NCBI GenBank assembly: GCA_001001485.1
Contig: LCKO01000001.1
Coordinates: 9,381 to 73,380 of the forward strand
Length of the DNA: 64,000 bases
Source: Candidatus Collierbacteria bacterium GW2011_GWB2_45_17
GTDB taxonomy: Bacteria > Patescibacteriota > Microgenomatia > UBA1400 > MFAQ01
Direction of reading: 5' to 3'
Shown here in pieces: positions 40,419 to 48,872 of the stretch (its first letter is position 1; each line of letters starts with the position of its first letter). The position numbers and the translations under genes were made by a program. The notes beneath the pieces are model-generated. The model worked only from the letters and a program-made list of their open reading frames with translations, was not told the origin of the DNA and made no database searches.

Positions 40419-41174
40419 ATGAAAACCATACCTAAAAAACTTATCAAGCTAAATCCTAAATCTTCGGGACGCAATTCTTCTGGTAAAATAACCGTTCGAC
40501 ATCAGGGTGGTCGTGAAAAGCGTTTTCTCCGTCATATCGACTGGAAGAGGAACCTTGCACTCACCGCTCGAGTTGAATCTATCCAGTACGATCCCAATCG
40601 CACTTCCGATATCGCCCTTTTAGTTTATGTGAGCGGCATCAAAGACTACATTCTGGCCCCCCAAGGCCTCAAAGTCGGAGATACCGTTATTTCTTCCGAA
40701 GCCGCCGAAATTAAGGTTGGTAATTGTTTACCCCTAAAGAACATCCCCATTGGGATCGAGATTCACAATCTTGAAATTGTCCCCGGCAAAGGCGCTCAAA
40801 TGGTCAGAAGTGCCGGAAACACCGCTACCGTCCAAAGCAAGGAAGGCAATGTTGTCGTGGTCAAACTTCCTTCCGGGGAAATTCGTCAATTCGATGGCAC
40901 TTGTAAAGCCACCATTGGTGCTCTCAGCAATCCTCATCACAAAGAAGAAATCCTTGGTAAAGCTGGCCGCAAACGCCACATGGGTGTCAGGCCGACAGTC
41001 AGAGGTGTGGCTCAGGATCCCCGCTCTCATCCTCACGGTGGTGGAGAGGGACGTAGTGGCATCGGTATGAAGTCTCCTAAATCTCCTTGGGGCAAGAGAA
41101 CTTTAGGAAAACGCACTCGAGATCGCAAAAAATATAGCAATAAACTGATTATTAAACGTCGTTACGTCAAGTAA
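40419..41174 (+). CDS. rplB: 50S ribosomal protein uL2
   Basis: YDPNR, RPTVRGVA, HPHGGGEG. Confidence 0.97.
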   Translation: MKTIPKKLIKLNPKSSGRNSSGKITVRHQGGREKRFLRHIDWKRNLALTARVESIQYDPNRTSDIALLVYVSGIKDYILAPQGLKVGDTVISSEAAEIKVGNCLPLKNIPIGIEIHNLEIVPGKGAQMVRSAGNTATVQSKEGNVVVVKLPSGEIRQFDGTCKATIGALSNPHHKEEILGKAGRKRHMGVRPTVRGVAQDPRSHPHGGGEGRSGIGMKSPKSPWGKRTLGKRTRDRKKYSNKLIIKRRYVK

Positions 41175-41191
41175 AATTAAATTAAATAAAC

Positions 41192-41476
41192 ATGTCTAGA
41201 AGTTCAATCAAAGGTCCATTCGTAGACGAAAAGCTCATTGTCAAAATTGAGCGACTTAAACTGGCCGGCAAGAAAGAACCCATCAAAACTTGGGCCAGAT
41301 CGTCTCAGATACCTCCGGAATTTGTCGGCTACACTTTCGCTGTTCACAACGGCAAAATTTTTAAAGAAGTTTTCATTACCGAGGACATGGTCGGTCACCG
41401 TCTAGGTGAGTTTTCTTTAACCAGAAATTTCCGAGGACATGGTCGGATCGTCAAAAGAACTCTATCCAAAACCTAA
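41192..41476 (+). CDS. rpsS: 30S ribosomal protein uS19
   Basis: [15 protein letters not shown]. Confidence 0.97.
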   Translation: MSRSSIKGPFVDEKLIVKIERLKLAGKKEPIKTWARSSQIPPEFVGYTFAVHNGKIFKEVFITEDMVGHRLGEFSLTRNFRGHGRIVKRTLSKT

Positions 41477-41482
41477 AGCTCT

Positions 41483-41923
41483 ATGGCCACTAAAACAATT
41501 AAACAACTTGTCATCGCCAAAGCCAGTCACGCGCTTTCTTCTCCGCGTAAAACCAATCTGGTGCTTAAGGCCATTGTCGGTAGACCGGCACTTTTGGCAA
41601 TTAAACAATTGGCCGTCATTCCCAAGAGGGCCGGAGAACCTGTTGTTCAATTAATTAAACAGGCCATCGGTAATGCCGTTTCCAGATTTCAAGCCTCACC
41701 AGACAGTTTAATCATCGACTCCGCTTTCGCTACCAAAGGTCGTGTTCTAAAACGCGCTCACATCGGCGGTCGAGGTAAAACCAAGCCTTACGAACGCACC
41801 ACTTCACACTTGACTCTATATCTACGAGTTCTGACCCCCAAAGCCATCCCTGTCATCCCGAGCGCAGTCGAGGGATCTCACTCCACCAAGAAAGTCGTTA
41901 AATCTACCAAAAAAACAAAATAA
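41483..41923 (+). CDS. rplV: 50S ribosomal protein uL22 with a repeat-derived C-terminal segment
   Basis: SPRK, TSHLT and operon position; tail VIPSAVEGSHST is encoded by a repeat unit. Confidence 0.92.
   Translation: MATKTIKQLVIAKASHALSSPRKTNLVLKAIVGRPALLAIKQLAVIPKRAGEPVVQLIKQAIGNAVSRFQASPDSLIIDSAFATKGRVLKRAHIGGRGKTKPYERTTSHLTLYLRVLTPKAIPVIPSAVEGSHSTKKVVKSTKKTK
41852..41886 (+). repeat. GTCAT-headed hairpin unit in-frame within rplV
   Basis: gtcatcccgagcgcagtcgagggatctcactccac; 34/35 identical to 46988-47022. Confidence 0.9.
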
Positions 41924-41925
41924 TC

Positions 41926-42579
41926 ATGGGAAAAAAAGTTAACCCAATCGCTTTTAGAACCGGCTACATCTTTCCCACCAAGTCGATCTGGTTTGCCAAT
42001 TTTAGAAACTACGCCAAGTATGTTTTGGAAGACAACAAGATCAGACGCTTTTTGGAAGCCAAGTTAAAGCTCGCCGGTATCACCAGTATCGAGATCAAAC
42101 GCTCGATCAATTCGGTTGATATTTTTATGAACGTTTCCCGCCCCGGCGTCGTTATTGGTCGTGGCGGTTCTTCTCTGGAAATTCTCAAAAAAGACATCGA
42201 AAAGCTCCTTAAAATTAATCCCAAGGCCAAAAACGCCGTCAAGATTAATCTTCACCCCCTAGAGATTAAAAATCCCGACATGAACTCAGCCATCATTGCC
42301 GATCGTCTAGCCAACCAATTGGAACACCGTTATCCTTTCCGTCGTGCCGCCAACCAAGCCATCGAAAAGGTTATGGCTTCCGGAGCCAAAGGTGTCAAAC
42401 TCGTTTTTGCCGGTCGTATCGATGGCGCCGAAATTGCCCGTGTCGAAAAGTTCAAACAAGGTCGAATTCCTACTCAAACCTTACGTGCCAACATTGATTA
42501 CATAGAGAAAAAAGCTCTTACCCGTTCCGGGTATGTTGGCATCAAAGTTTGGATTTATTCAGGCGACATCATCAGCTAA
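41926..42579 (+). CDS. rpsC: 30S ribosomal protein uS3
   Basis: MGKKVNP, RPGVVIGRGG, GRIDGAEIAR. Confidence 0.97.
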   Translation: MGKKVNPIAFRTGYIFPTKSIWFANFRNYAKYVLEDNKIRRFLEAKLKLAGITSIEIKRSINSVDIFMNVSRPGVVIGRGGSSLEILKKDIEKLLKINPKAKNAVKINLHPLEIKNPDMNSAIIADRLANQLEHRYPFRRAANQAIEKVMASGAKGVKLVFAGRIDGAEIARVEKFKQGRIPTQTLRANIDYIEKKALTRSGYVGIKVWIYSGDIIS

Positions 42580-42586
42580 GTCCTAT

Positions 42587-42614
42587 CAACCAACAACTAA
42601 TAACAAAGAACTAA
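42587..42614 (+). repeat. Heptamer array (4 units) before rplP
   Basis: caaccaa caactaa taacaaa gaactaa c ATG. Confidence 0.75.
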
Positions 42615-42615
42615 C

Positions 42616-43029
42616 ATGTTACAACCAGGGAGACGCAAATATCGAAAAGAGTTTAGAGGTAGTATGGGAGGCGTTGCCACTCGTACCCATGAACTCTCTT
42701 ACGGAGACTTCGGGATCAAAGCCTTAGAATGTGGTTGGCTATCGGCCAACGAAATTGAATCTGCTCGCCGCACCATCACTCACCACACTAAACGGGTCGG
42801 TAAATTTTTCCTTCGTGTTTTTCCTCACAAACCTATCGGTCACAAGACTCCTGGTGCTCGTATGGGTTCCGGCAAGTCGGATGTGTCAGGCTACGTTGCC
42901 GTCGTCAAGCCCGGGCAGATACTGATGGAGCTTTCCGGAGTAACCAGAGAAATTGCCACCGAAGCCATCCGTCTCGCCGGCCACAAACTCTCCGTTAAAA
43001 CCAAATTAATTGAAAAAGAAAATGCCTAA
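42616..43029 (+). CDS. rplP: 50S ribosomal protein uL16
   Basis: IESARR, RVFPHKP, RMGSGK. Confidence 0.97.
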   Translation: MLQPGRRKYRKEFRGSMGGVATRTHELSYGDFGIKALECGWLSANEIESARRTITHHTKRVGKFFLRVFPHKPIGHKTPGARMGSGKSDVSGYVAVVKPGQILMELSGVTREIATEAIRLAGHKLSVKTKLIEKENA

Positions 43030-43201
43030 AACAAAGACCGTTACCTCCACCACGACCCTTGAAGAGCTCAAAATTAAGTTAGCGAGCATCAAGCTTAATA
43101 TCCGTGCCGGTATCGAAAAAAATACCAACGCTCACAAGAAGACCAAAGTCCAAATTGCTCAGCTCTTGACTAAGAACAATCAACCAATAACTAATAACTA
43201 A
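43022..43201 (+). CDS. rpmC: 50S ribosomal protein uL29 (short, divergent)
   Basis: Position between rplP and rpsQ; KNTNAHKKTKVQIAQLLT. Confidence 0.75.
   Translation: MPKTKTVTSTTTLEELKIKLASIKLNIRAGIEKNTNAHKKTKVQIAQLLTKNNQPITNN
43167..43201 (+). repeat. Heptamer array (5 units) forming the rpmC tail, before rpsQ
   Basis: tgactaa gaacaat caaccaa taactaa taactaa a ATG. Confidence 0.75.
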
Positions 43202-43202
43202 A

Positions 43203-43430
43203 ATGAAACACCTACTCGGCACTGTTAAAAGCGACAAAAATATTAAAACCGCCATCGTTGATGTCGTCAGATTCAAAGTTCACCCCAAATACCTGAAACG
43301 TATCAAGGTCAATAAGTCTTACGCTGTCCAAAACGACCTCGGCGCCAAAGTCGGGAATCGTGTCCGTCTCGAAGAAACTCGTCCCATTAGTAAAACCAAA
43401 CGTTGGAAAATCTCTAAAATTATAAAATAA
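43203..43430 (+). CDS. rpsQ: 30S ribosomal protein uS17
   Basis: [15 protein letters not shown]. Confidence 0.96.
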   Translation: MKHLLGTVKSDKNIKTAIVDVVRFKVHPKYLKRIKVNKSYAVQNDLGAKVGNRVRLEETRPISKTKRWKISKIIK

Positions 43431-43431
43431 T

Positions 43432-43806
43432 ATGATTCAACTAAGATCCGTCCTTAACATTGCCGACAACTCCGGAGCCAAACAGATCAAGGTCATTTTG
43501 GTTCATGGAGGCTCTCACCGTCGCTTCGGTCGCATTGGTGACGTGGTTACCGCCGCTGTCGAAGGTGCCTCTGCCGATGGCACAGTCAAAGACAAGCAGG
43601 TGGTCAAAGCCGTGCTCGTCCGCACTCGCAAGGAAACCCGCCGGCCGGACGGTACCTACGTTCGCTTTGACGACAACGCCGCTGTTATTATTGACTCAAT
43701 TGCGAGTAAGCTCCCTTTGGGAACTCGTATCTTTGGCCCCATCGCCCGTGAGGTAAAAGATGCCGGTTTCTCCAAGATTGCCTCACTCGCCCCCGAAGTC
43801 GTCTAA
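43432..43806 (+). CDS. rplN: 50S ribosomal protein uL14
   Basis: ADNSGAK, FDDNAAV, SLAPEV. Confidence 0.97.
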   Translation: MIQLRSVLNIADNSGAKQIKVILVHGGSHRRFGRIGDVVTAAVEGASADGTVKDKQVVKAVLVRTRKETRRPDGTYVRFDDNAAVIIDSIASKLPLGTRIFGPIAREVKDAGFSKIASLAPEVV

Positions 43807-43811
43807 CAATC

Positions 43812-43849
43812 GTCATTGCGAGTCTCGTATTCGAGCCGAAGCAATCCAG
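43812..43849 (+). repeat. GTCAT-headed hairpin unit 5 nt after the rplN stop
   Basis: gtcattgcgagtctcgtattcgagccgaagcaatccag. Confidence 0.9.
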
Positions 43850-43871
43850 AAAAAATAAAACTATAAAACAT

Positions 43872-44195
43872 ATGTTCAAATTCAAAATCAACGATACTGT
43901 TCAGATCACCGCCGGCAAAGACAAGGGGCGCAGTGGTAAAGTCCTAAAAGTCCTGCCAGTCGACCAAAAAGTCTTGGTGGAGGGGATTAATCTTTACAAA
44001 AAACACATCAAGCCCAAAGGTAACGAAGCCGGTACCATCCTGACACTTCCTCGTGCTCTATCCACTGCTTCCGTTGCTCTCATCTGCCCGAGCTGTGGCA
44101 AGCCCACCAGGGTCGGCTTTGATGCCTCCCAAACCCCCAAAGTCAGAATTTGTCACAAGTGTCGTCAGATAATTACCAGTGAAATCAAAAAATGA
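43872..44195 (+). CDS. rplX: 50S ribosomal protein uL24
   Basis: AGKDKG, VEGIN, CPSC...TRVG. Confidence 0.96.
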   Translation: MFKFKINDTVQITAGKDKGRSGKVLKVLPVDQKVLVEGINLYKKHIKPKGNEAGTILTLPRALSTASVALICPSCGKPTRVGFDASQTPKVRICHKCRQIITSEIKK

Positions 44196-44740
44196 TTCAA
44201 AATTTAAAAGAAAAATATTTAAAAGAAATTCGTCCGGTCCTCCAAAAAGAGTTGGGTCTTTCCTCTGTTGAGGCCGTTCCCAAGATCACCAAGATCACGG
44301 TCAACACCAGCTCCAAGGACTTCAAAACCGACAAAGACTTGCTGGCCAAAACCAAGGACTGGATGAGCAAGATCACCGGCCAAGCTCCATTGGAGACCAA
44401 GTCGAGATCCAGTATCGCCGCCTTCAATTTGCGCGAAGGTGAGGTAGTTGGTTTAAAAACTACACTTCGAGGCACCAGAATGTATGACTTCCTGGAAAAG
44501 CTCATCTCCATCGTTCTCCCGCGTCTAAAAGATTTTCAAGGTATCTCCACTAAAGCCTTCGACAACAAAGGCAACTACACCATTGGTTTTCCCGAACAAA
44601 TAGTGTTTCCCGAGGTCGAATATGATAAAATCGGGAGGATTCAAGGGCTAGAAGTGACCGTCTCCACCAGTGCGAAAGACTCCAAAACCTCTTTGATGTT
44701 CTTAAGAGTCTTAGGCATGCCTTTTACCAAGGAGTCATAA
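44192..44740 (+). CDS. rplE: 50S ribosomal protein uL5
   Basis: [28 protein letters not shown]. Confidence 0.97.
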   Translation: MIQNLKEKYLKEIRPVLQKELGLSSVEAVPKITKITVNTSSKDFKTDKDLLAKTKDWMSKITGQAPLETKSRSSIAAFNLREGEVVGLKTTLRGTRMYDFLEKLISIVLPRLKDFQGISTKAFDNKGNYTIGFPEQIVFPEVEYDKIGRIQGLEVTVSTSAKDSKTSLMFLRVLGMPFTKES

Positions 44741-44750
44741 AATATTTAAG

Positions 44751-44936
44751 ATGGCTAAAAAAAGCAAAATTGCTAAAACACTTAAACTTGCCGGTCACAG
44801 CACCCGTGATCACCGTCGTTGCCAGCTCTGCGGCCGACCTCGTGGTGTCATCCGTATCTTCGGTCTTTGCCGTCTCTGCTTCAGAGAAATGGCTCACCGA
44901 GGAGAGTTACCCGGTGTTTTCAAAATGTCAAAATAA
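44751..44936 (+). CDS. rpsN: 30S ribosomal protein uS14 (zinc-binding type)
   Basis: [17 protein letters not shown]. Confidence 0.96.
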   Translation: MAKKSKIAKTLKLAGHSTRDHRRCQLCGRPRGVIRIFGLCRLCFREMAHRGELPGVFKMSK

Positions 44937-44937
44937 T

Positions 44938-45327
44938 ATGGATACTACCGCCGACTTTTTAACTATCATCCGCAATGGCTACCTCGCCAAAAAAGACACA
45001 GTGGTTGTCGAATTTTCCAAAGCCAGAGAGGAACTCACTAAGATTCTTAAGACAGAGGCTTTTATCGTCGATTACTCAGTCGAAAAAGCTAAACCCGTTA
45101 ACAAACTCATCATTAATCTTCGTTATTTCGACAAGGGCCTGCCTGCCGTTACCGGTATCAAGAAAATCACCAAACCTAGTGTCCGAATTTACTCTGGGTA
45201 CAATCAAATTCCACGAACTCTCTCCGGCGCCGGCACTACCATTCTGACTACCTCGGCTGGTTATATGACCGGCAAGACCGCTCGTGAAAAACATCTTGGC
45301 GGCGAAGTTATTTGTCAAATTTGGTAA
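44938..45327 (+). CDS. rpsH: 30S ribosomal protein uS8
   Basis: DFLTIIRNG, KPSVRIY, GGEVICQIW; ATG at 44938. Confidence 0.96.
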   Translation: MDTTADFLTIIRNGYLAKKDTVVVEFSKAREELTKILKTEAFIVDYSVEKAKPVNKLIINLRYFDKGLPAVTGIKKITKPSVRIYSGYNQIPRTLSGAGTTILTTSAGYMTGKTAREKHLGGEVICQIW

Positions 45328-45343
45328 CAAATACCAACTAAAC

Positions 45344-45399
45344 TAACCATTAACCAATAACTAATAACCATTAACCAATAACTAAGCACTAATAACTAA
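45344..45399 (+). repeat. Heptamer array (8 units) before rplF
   Basis: (taaccat taaccaa taactaa)x2 gcactaa taactaa c ATG. Confidence 0.9.
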
Positions 45400-45400
45400 C

Positions 45401-45952
45401 ATGAGCCGCATTGGACGAAAACCACTATATCTTCCCGAAACTGTCAAGCTTGAAACTTACGAGACCTCGTTGAAGTTCACCGGCCCGAAGGGTACTCTGG
45501 AATCAGTCGTTCCTAAAGGTATCAAGGTCGAAATCAAAGGTAGTGTTATAAACTTTACTAGAGACAACAACATACCGGCCACCCGTGCCCTACACGGCCT
45601 AGCTCGCCGATTAGCCCAGAACTGCGTTACTGGCGTCACCGACGGTTTTTCAAAAGACCTTCTGTTGGTCGGAACCGGTTATCGTGTTTCTCCTCACGCC
45701 GAAGGTCTTTCCTTCTCGGTCGGTTACTCTCATCCGGTTATTTTCAAAAAGGTTGAAGGTGTTACCATTACCACCGAAGGTCAAGATAAAATCAAGGTTA
45801 CCGGCATCGACAAACAACTGGTTGGCCAAGTCGCCGCCAATATCCGCGAGATTAGAAAACCCGAGCCTTACAAAGGCAAGGGGATTCGCTATGTCGACGA
45901 AGTCATCCTCAAGAAGCAAGGTAAAACAGCTACCAAAACCGCCGCCGTTTAA
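45401..45952 (+). CDS. rplF: 50S ribosomal protein uL6
   Basis: MSRIGRKP, GYSHP, PEPYKGKGIRY. Confidence 0.97.
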   Translation: MSRIGRKPLYLPETVKLETYETSLKFTGPKGTLESVVPKGIKVEIKGSVINFTRDNNIPATRALHGLARRLAQNCVTGVTDGFSKDLLLVGTGYRVSPHAEGLSFSVGYSHPVIFKKVEGVTITTEGQDKIKVTGIDKQLVGQVAANIREIRKPEPYKGKGIRYVDEVILKKQGKTATKTAAV

Positions 45953-45960
45953 AACCAAAA

Positions 45961-46332
45961 ATGAAAAAGCTAAACGATAAACAATCCAGAGCCGGCCGCA
46001 TCCGATCCAAATTGCTCGCCCGCACCACTCGTCCTCGTCTGACGGTCAGTCGTAGCAATCAAAATATTTTTGCCCAAATTATCGATCAAACCGGTAAGGT
46101 TCTGGCTGCCTTTGGTTCAGCGTCATTGCGAGGAGGTCGCCTCAGACGACCGACGAAGCAATCTATAAAAATGACCAAAACGGAAATGGCTACCGAAGTT
46201 GGTAAGAAACTTGGCGAAATAGCCAAAAACAAAAAAATTTCCACTGTCGTTTTTGATCGTGGTTCTTACCGTTTTCATGGCCGTGTCAAAACCCTCGCCG
46301 AAGCCGTCCGCGCCACCGGCATCAAATTCTAA
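45961..46332 (+). CDS. rplR: 50S ribosomal protein uL18 with an internal repeat-derived insertion
   Basis: RPRLTVSRSN, FDRGSYRFHGRV. Confidence 0.95.
   Translation: MKKLNDKQSRAGRIRSKLLARTTRPRLTVSRSNQNIFAQIIDQTGKVLAAFGSASLRGGRLRRPTKQSIKMTKTEMATEVGKKLGEIAKNKKISTVVFDRGSYRFHGRVKTLAEAVRATGIKF
46122..46164 (+). repeat. GTCAT-headed hairpin unit in-frame within rplR
   Basis: gtcattgcgaggaggtcgcctcagacgaccgacgaagcaatct encodes SLRGGRLRRPTKQS. Confidence 0.88.
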
Positions 46333-46333
46333 C

Positions 46334-46368
46334 GTCATTCCGACCGAAGCGGAGGAATCTCACTCCAC
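46334..46368 (+). repeat. GTCAT-headed hairpin unit 1 nt after the rplR stop
   Basis: gtcattccgaccgaagcggaggaatctcactccac. Confidence 0.88.
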
Positions 46369-46396
46369 TAAATAAACAAATATAAAATAAAACAAA

Positions 46397-46915
46397 ATGG
46401 CCTACACAGGAAATACAAACAACAGCAATCGAGGCGGCGGTCGTCCGGCTCCAGAAGGCTTCGAACAAGTCCTTCAGATCCGTCGCGTCAGCAAGAAGAC
46501 TCAGGGTGGTACCAATGTCTCCTTCTCTGCGTTAGTGGTGACCGGGGACAAAAAAGGTAAAGTTGGTCTAGGTTTAGCCAAGGCTCCCAACGTCGCTGAT
46601 GCTATCAAAAAAGCCATTCGTCTCAGTAACCGAGACTTGGTTCAAGTTCCCCTGGTCGATGGTACTATCCCCTACGAAACCAACTCCAAGTACGGCGCCG
46701 CCAAAGTTCTTTTCCGCCCGGCTCCCAAGGGTACCGGTCTTATCGCCGGTTCATCCGTCCGCGCCGTGGTTGAAGCCGCCGGTATTACCGACATCGTTTG
46801 CAAGGTTTTGGGTACCAACAACAAGACCAGCAACGCCAGGGCTACTTTCAAAGCTCTCAAACAGATCGAAACTCTAGGTAAAAAATACCAATTGCTCAAA
46901 GCCCTGAGGGCGTAG
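46397..46915 (+). CDS. rpsE: 30S ribosomal protein uS5
   Basis: RVSKKTQGG, PAPKGTGLIAG. Confidence 0.97.
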   Translation: MAYTGNTNNSNRGGGRPAPEGFEQVLQIRRVSKKTQGGTNVSFSALVVTGDKKGKVGLGLAKAPNVADAIKKAIRLSNRDLVQVPLVDGTIPYETNSKYGAAKVLFRPAPKGTGLIAGSSVRAVVEAAGITDIVCKVLGTNNKTSNARATFKALKQIETLGKKYQLLKALRA

Positions 46916-46919
46916 CCCC

Positions 46920-47022
46920 GTCATTGCGAGTTTCGGTACTCCGAACCGTGGCAATCCAGAACAATAAATATAATATACAAATTAATTGTCATCCCGAGCG
47001 AAGTCGAGGGATCTCACTCCAC
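46920..47022 (+). repeat. Two GTCAT-headed units at the position usually held by rpmD
   Basis: Units at 46920-46959 and 46988-47022; no uL30 ORF between rpsE and rplO. Confidence 0.88.
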
Positions 47023-47030
47023 AAAACAAT

Positions 47031-47483
47031 ATGAAAATGCTTTTATCCAATCTTCCCAAAATAATCGAAACTCCCAAAAAGCGCCTTGGACGAGGCTTTG
47101 GCTCTGGTGTCGGCGGTCACACCGTCGGACGTGGTCAAAAAGGTCAAAAAACCCGCGGTATTATCCCTCTTTGGTTTGAGGGCGGTCAGCTTCCCTTGGT
47201 CCGCCGGACTCCTTTCATCAAGGGTAAGCACCGTTTCCAGGTTATCAAGCCTCAGCCTATCACCGTCAACTTCGATCGCCTCGACAAGTTTGCCGAAAAC
47301 TCGGTCGTAGACGCCCTTTTCCTTGCCACTGCCCTCAAGGTGAGCGAGAAAGAAGCCAAGCGCGGCTTCAAGATTATCGCTACCGGTAAGCTCACCAAAC
47401 CCTTCCAAATCGCCGTCCCGGCCTCCGCGGGGGCCATCAAGGCTATTGAGAAGGCCGGCGGCAAGTTCCTCGCCTCCAAATAG
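47031..47483 (+). CDS. rplO: 50S ribosomal protein uL15
   Basis: RLGRGFGSG, GRGQKGQKTR, FEGGQLPL; ATG at 47031 or 47037. Confidence 0.95.
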   Translation: MKMLLSNLPKIIETPKKRLGRGFGSGVGGHTVGRGQKGQKTRGIIPLWFEGGQLPLVRRTPFIKGKHRFQVIKPQPITVNFDRLDKFAENSVVDALFLATALKVSEKEAKRGFKIIATGKLTKPFQIAVPASAGAIKAIEKAGGKFLASK

Positions 47484-47496
47484 CGTCACCCCACTC

Positions 47497-47525
47497 TTGA
47501 CTTTAGACCTATAATTTGATATAGT
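47497..47525 (+). promoter_or_regulatory. Promoter at the start of the rplO-secY islet
   Basis: TTGACT-17 nt-TATAGT. Confidence 0.6.
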
Positions 47526-47566
47526 TTCAGTATAGGTTCACACTAAAACTAACGTTGGAGGTAAAG

Positions 47567-47905
47567 ATGTACACTGTTGATGATTTTGCAAAGGATATGC
47601 ATGCGGATGTATGGGCGATTCGAGGCAGGCTCTTGGAAATAACTTCAAAATGTCTCCAATGGGGTGAATTAAGCGTCAAACACTTAAAGCTTAAGGATGC
47701 CAAAGTAGTTGGGAACGTGCTCTTTCTTCGCTTTGTTGCTAGCAACGATTATTTGGCGATTGATCCAGTTGAGAAAAGAATCTACCAGGCCAATTACGAT
47801 CTCAAGGAAGTTCCTGGAAAGCACGAGATAGATCTATCTATCATCAATAATATTTCCAAAGAGCTTAAAACTCGGTATTCAAAGGCTAGCCCTGTCAGCT
47901 TTTAA
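47567..47905 (+). CDS. Hypothetical protein
   Basis: GGAGG 5 nt before the ATG at 47567; terminator follows. Confidence 0.65.
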   Translation: MYTVDDFAKDMHADVWAIRGRLLEITSKCLQWGELSVKHLKLKDAKVVGNVLFLRFVASNDYLAIDPVEKRIYQANYDLKEVPGKHEIDLSIINNISKELKTRYSKASPVSF

Positions 47906-47920
47906 ATATATGCAGACAAA

Positions 47921-47981
47921 ACCATTCCCCCCGGGAGTGGTTTTTTGCTATAATATCCCAGAACATTAAAATTCCAGGAGG
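47921..47981 (+). promoter_or_regulatory. Fused terminator / extended -10 / GAACATT / SD module
   Basis: accattccccccgggagtggttttt-TGCTATAAT-atccca-GAACATT-...GGAGG. Confidence 0.65.
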
Positions 47982-47988
47982 TATACCC

Positions 47989-48417
47989 GTGTTTAACATT
48001 CGTTTTCAGAATCTACCCAAGCTTGTCTTTAACCCGCGCCTTTTCGCTTTTGAACCTGCCCATGTGGACACGCTCCGCCAAGTTATCGGCACACTCTTAA
48101 GATGCCCGCCGGAACTACCCCAACTCTTAATTGAAAGATCGGAGTGCTTTATTTTGGAAGACAAAAGCCTCGTAGCGGCCCCCGTACGGATTATCGTCGA
48201 GTGGTACTCTGAACGCCCTAGTTCCGACACTATTTTTGGCCTGGCTCTGGCCTTTTACAACTTTCTAAAAGCTTATGGCTTTGAAGCAGGTCTGACAGTC
48301 ATCTTTTCCGGTATTTCCGAAGGTGACGCCTTCATTGAGAAAGATGGTCGTTTGATTTCCGCTCCCCGTCTCCCCACTCCACATTTTAACTATCGTGGCT
48401 TTCAAGGCAAACGCTAA
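47989..48417 (+). CDS. DUF1904/tautomerase-like protein
   Basis: IRFQNL, LRCP, IVEWYSER, LTVIF pattern recalls DUF1904. Confidence 0.5.
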   Translation: MFNIRFQNLPKLVFNPRLFAFEPAHVDTLRQVIGTLLRCPPELPQLLIERSECFILEDKSLVAAPVRIIVEWYSERPSSDTIFGLALAFYNFLKAYGFEAGLTVIFSGISEGDAFIEKDGRLISAPRLPTPHFNYRGFQGKR

Positions 48418-48426
48418 AGGAGATTT

Positions 48427-48801
48427 ATGAAATCTTTGCTCACCTTAAACAATCTCGGCTACGCCAGAGACGTTTCCGGGGGACCAGAATGTAATTGCGA
48501 CCTCGGGGTATTCATTTTCGCCTCCGAACAAAGCCTCAAAATACGCACCTATTTCTATCTGAAGAATCAGTCGGAAAAACAATTGGTCATCGGTAAGTTG
48601 GTGGATGGTGTCAATGATAGTGCGGATCTAGACCATGGCAAGCTAACCTTCAGGTTCGAAAGTAACGGACACGTTGAACTCTCCTGGGAAAACCAAGAAG
48701 GCCATCAAACTGCCACCTTCAATGAAATTGCTTTGGTCCAGCTTATGGAAGTCGAATGGGTCCGAACCCTCGTCAAAAACCGCACCGCCAGCTATCTCTA
48801 A
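48427..48801 (+). CDS. Hypothetical protein
   Basis: AAGGAG SD directly after the upstream stop. Confidence 0.65.
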   Translation: MKSLLTLNNLGYARDVSGGPECNCDLGVFIFASEQSLKIRTYFYLKNQSEKQLVIGKLVDGVNDSADLDHGKLTFRFESNGHVELSWENQEGHQTATFNEIALVQLMEVEWVRTLVKNRTASYL

Positions 48802-48809
48802 TCTTTACG

Positions 48810-48868
48810 CCACCCTTCACTGGGTGGTTTTTGTTACAATACTCGGGAACATTCAAATTTCAAGGAGG
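48810..48868 (+). promoter_or_regulatory. Fused terminator / extended -10 / GAACATT / SD module
   Basis: ccacccttcactgggtggtttt-TGTTACAAT-actcgg-GAACATT-...GGAGG. Confidence 0.65.
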
Positions 48869-48872
48869 TCAA

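Noticed and set aside
45344-45399. Tandem repeats as a CRISPR array
   Set aside because: 7-nt units with no unique spacers, and no cas genes in the window.
48756-48872. N-terminal extensions in the ORF track (48756; also 32273, 15939, 27964, 44770, 57610, 20819, 16957)
   Set aside because: They cross terminators, promoters or upstream genes; downstream starts fit the signals and family lengths better.
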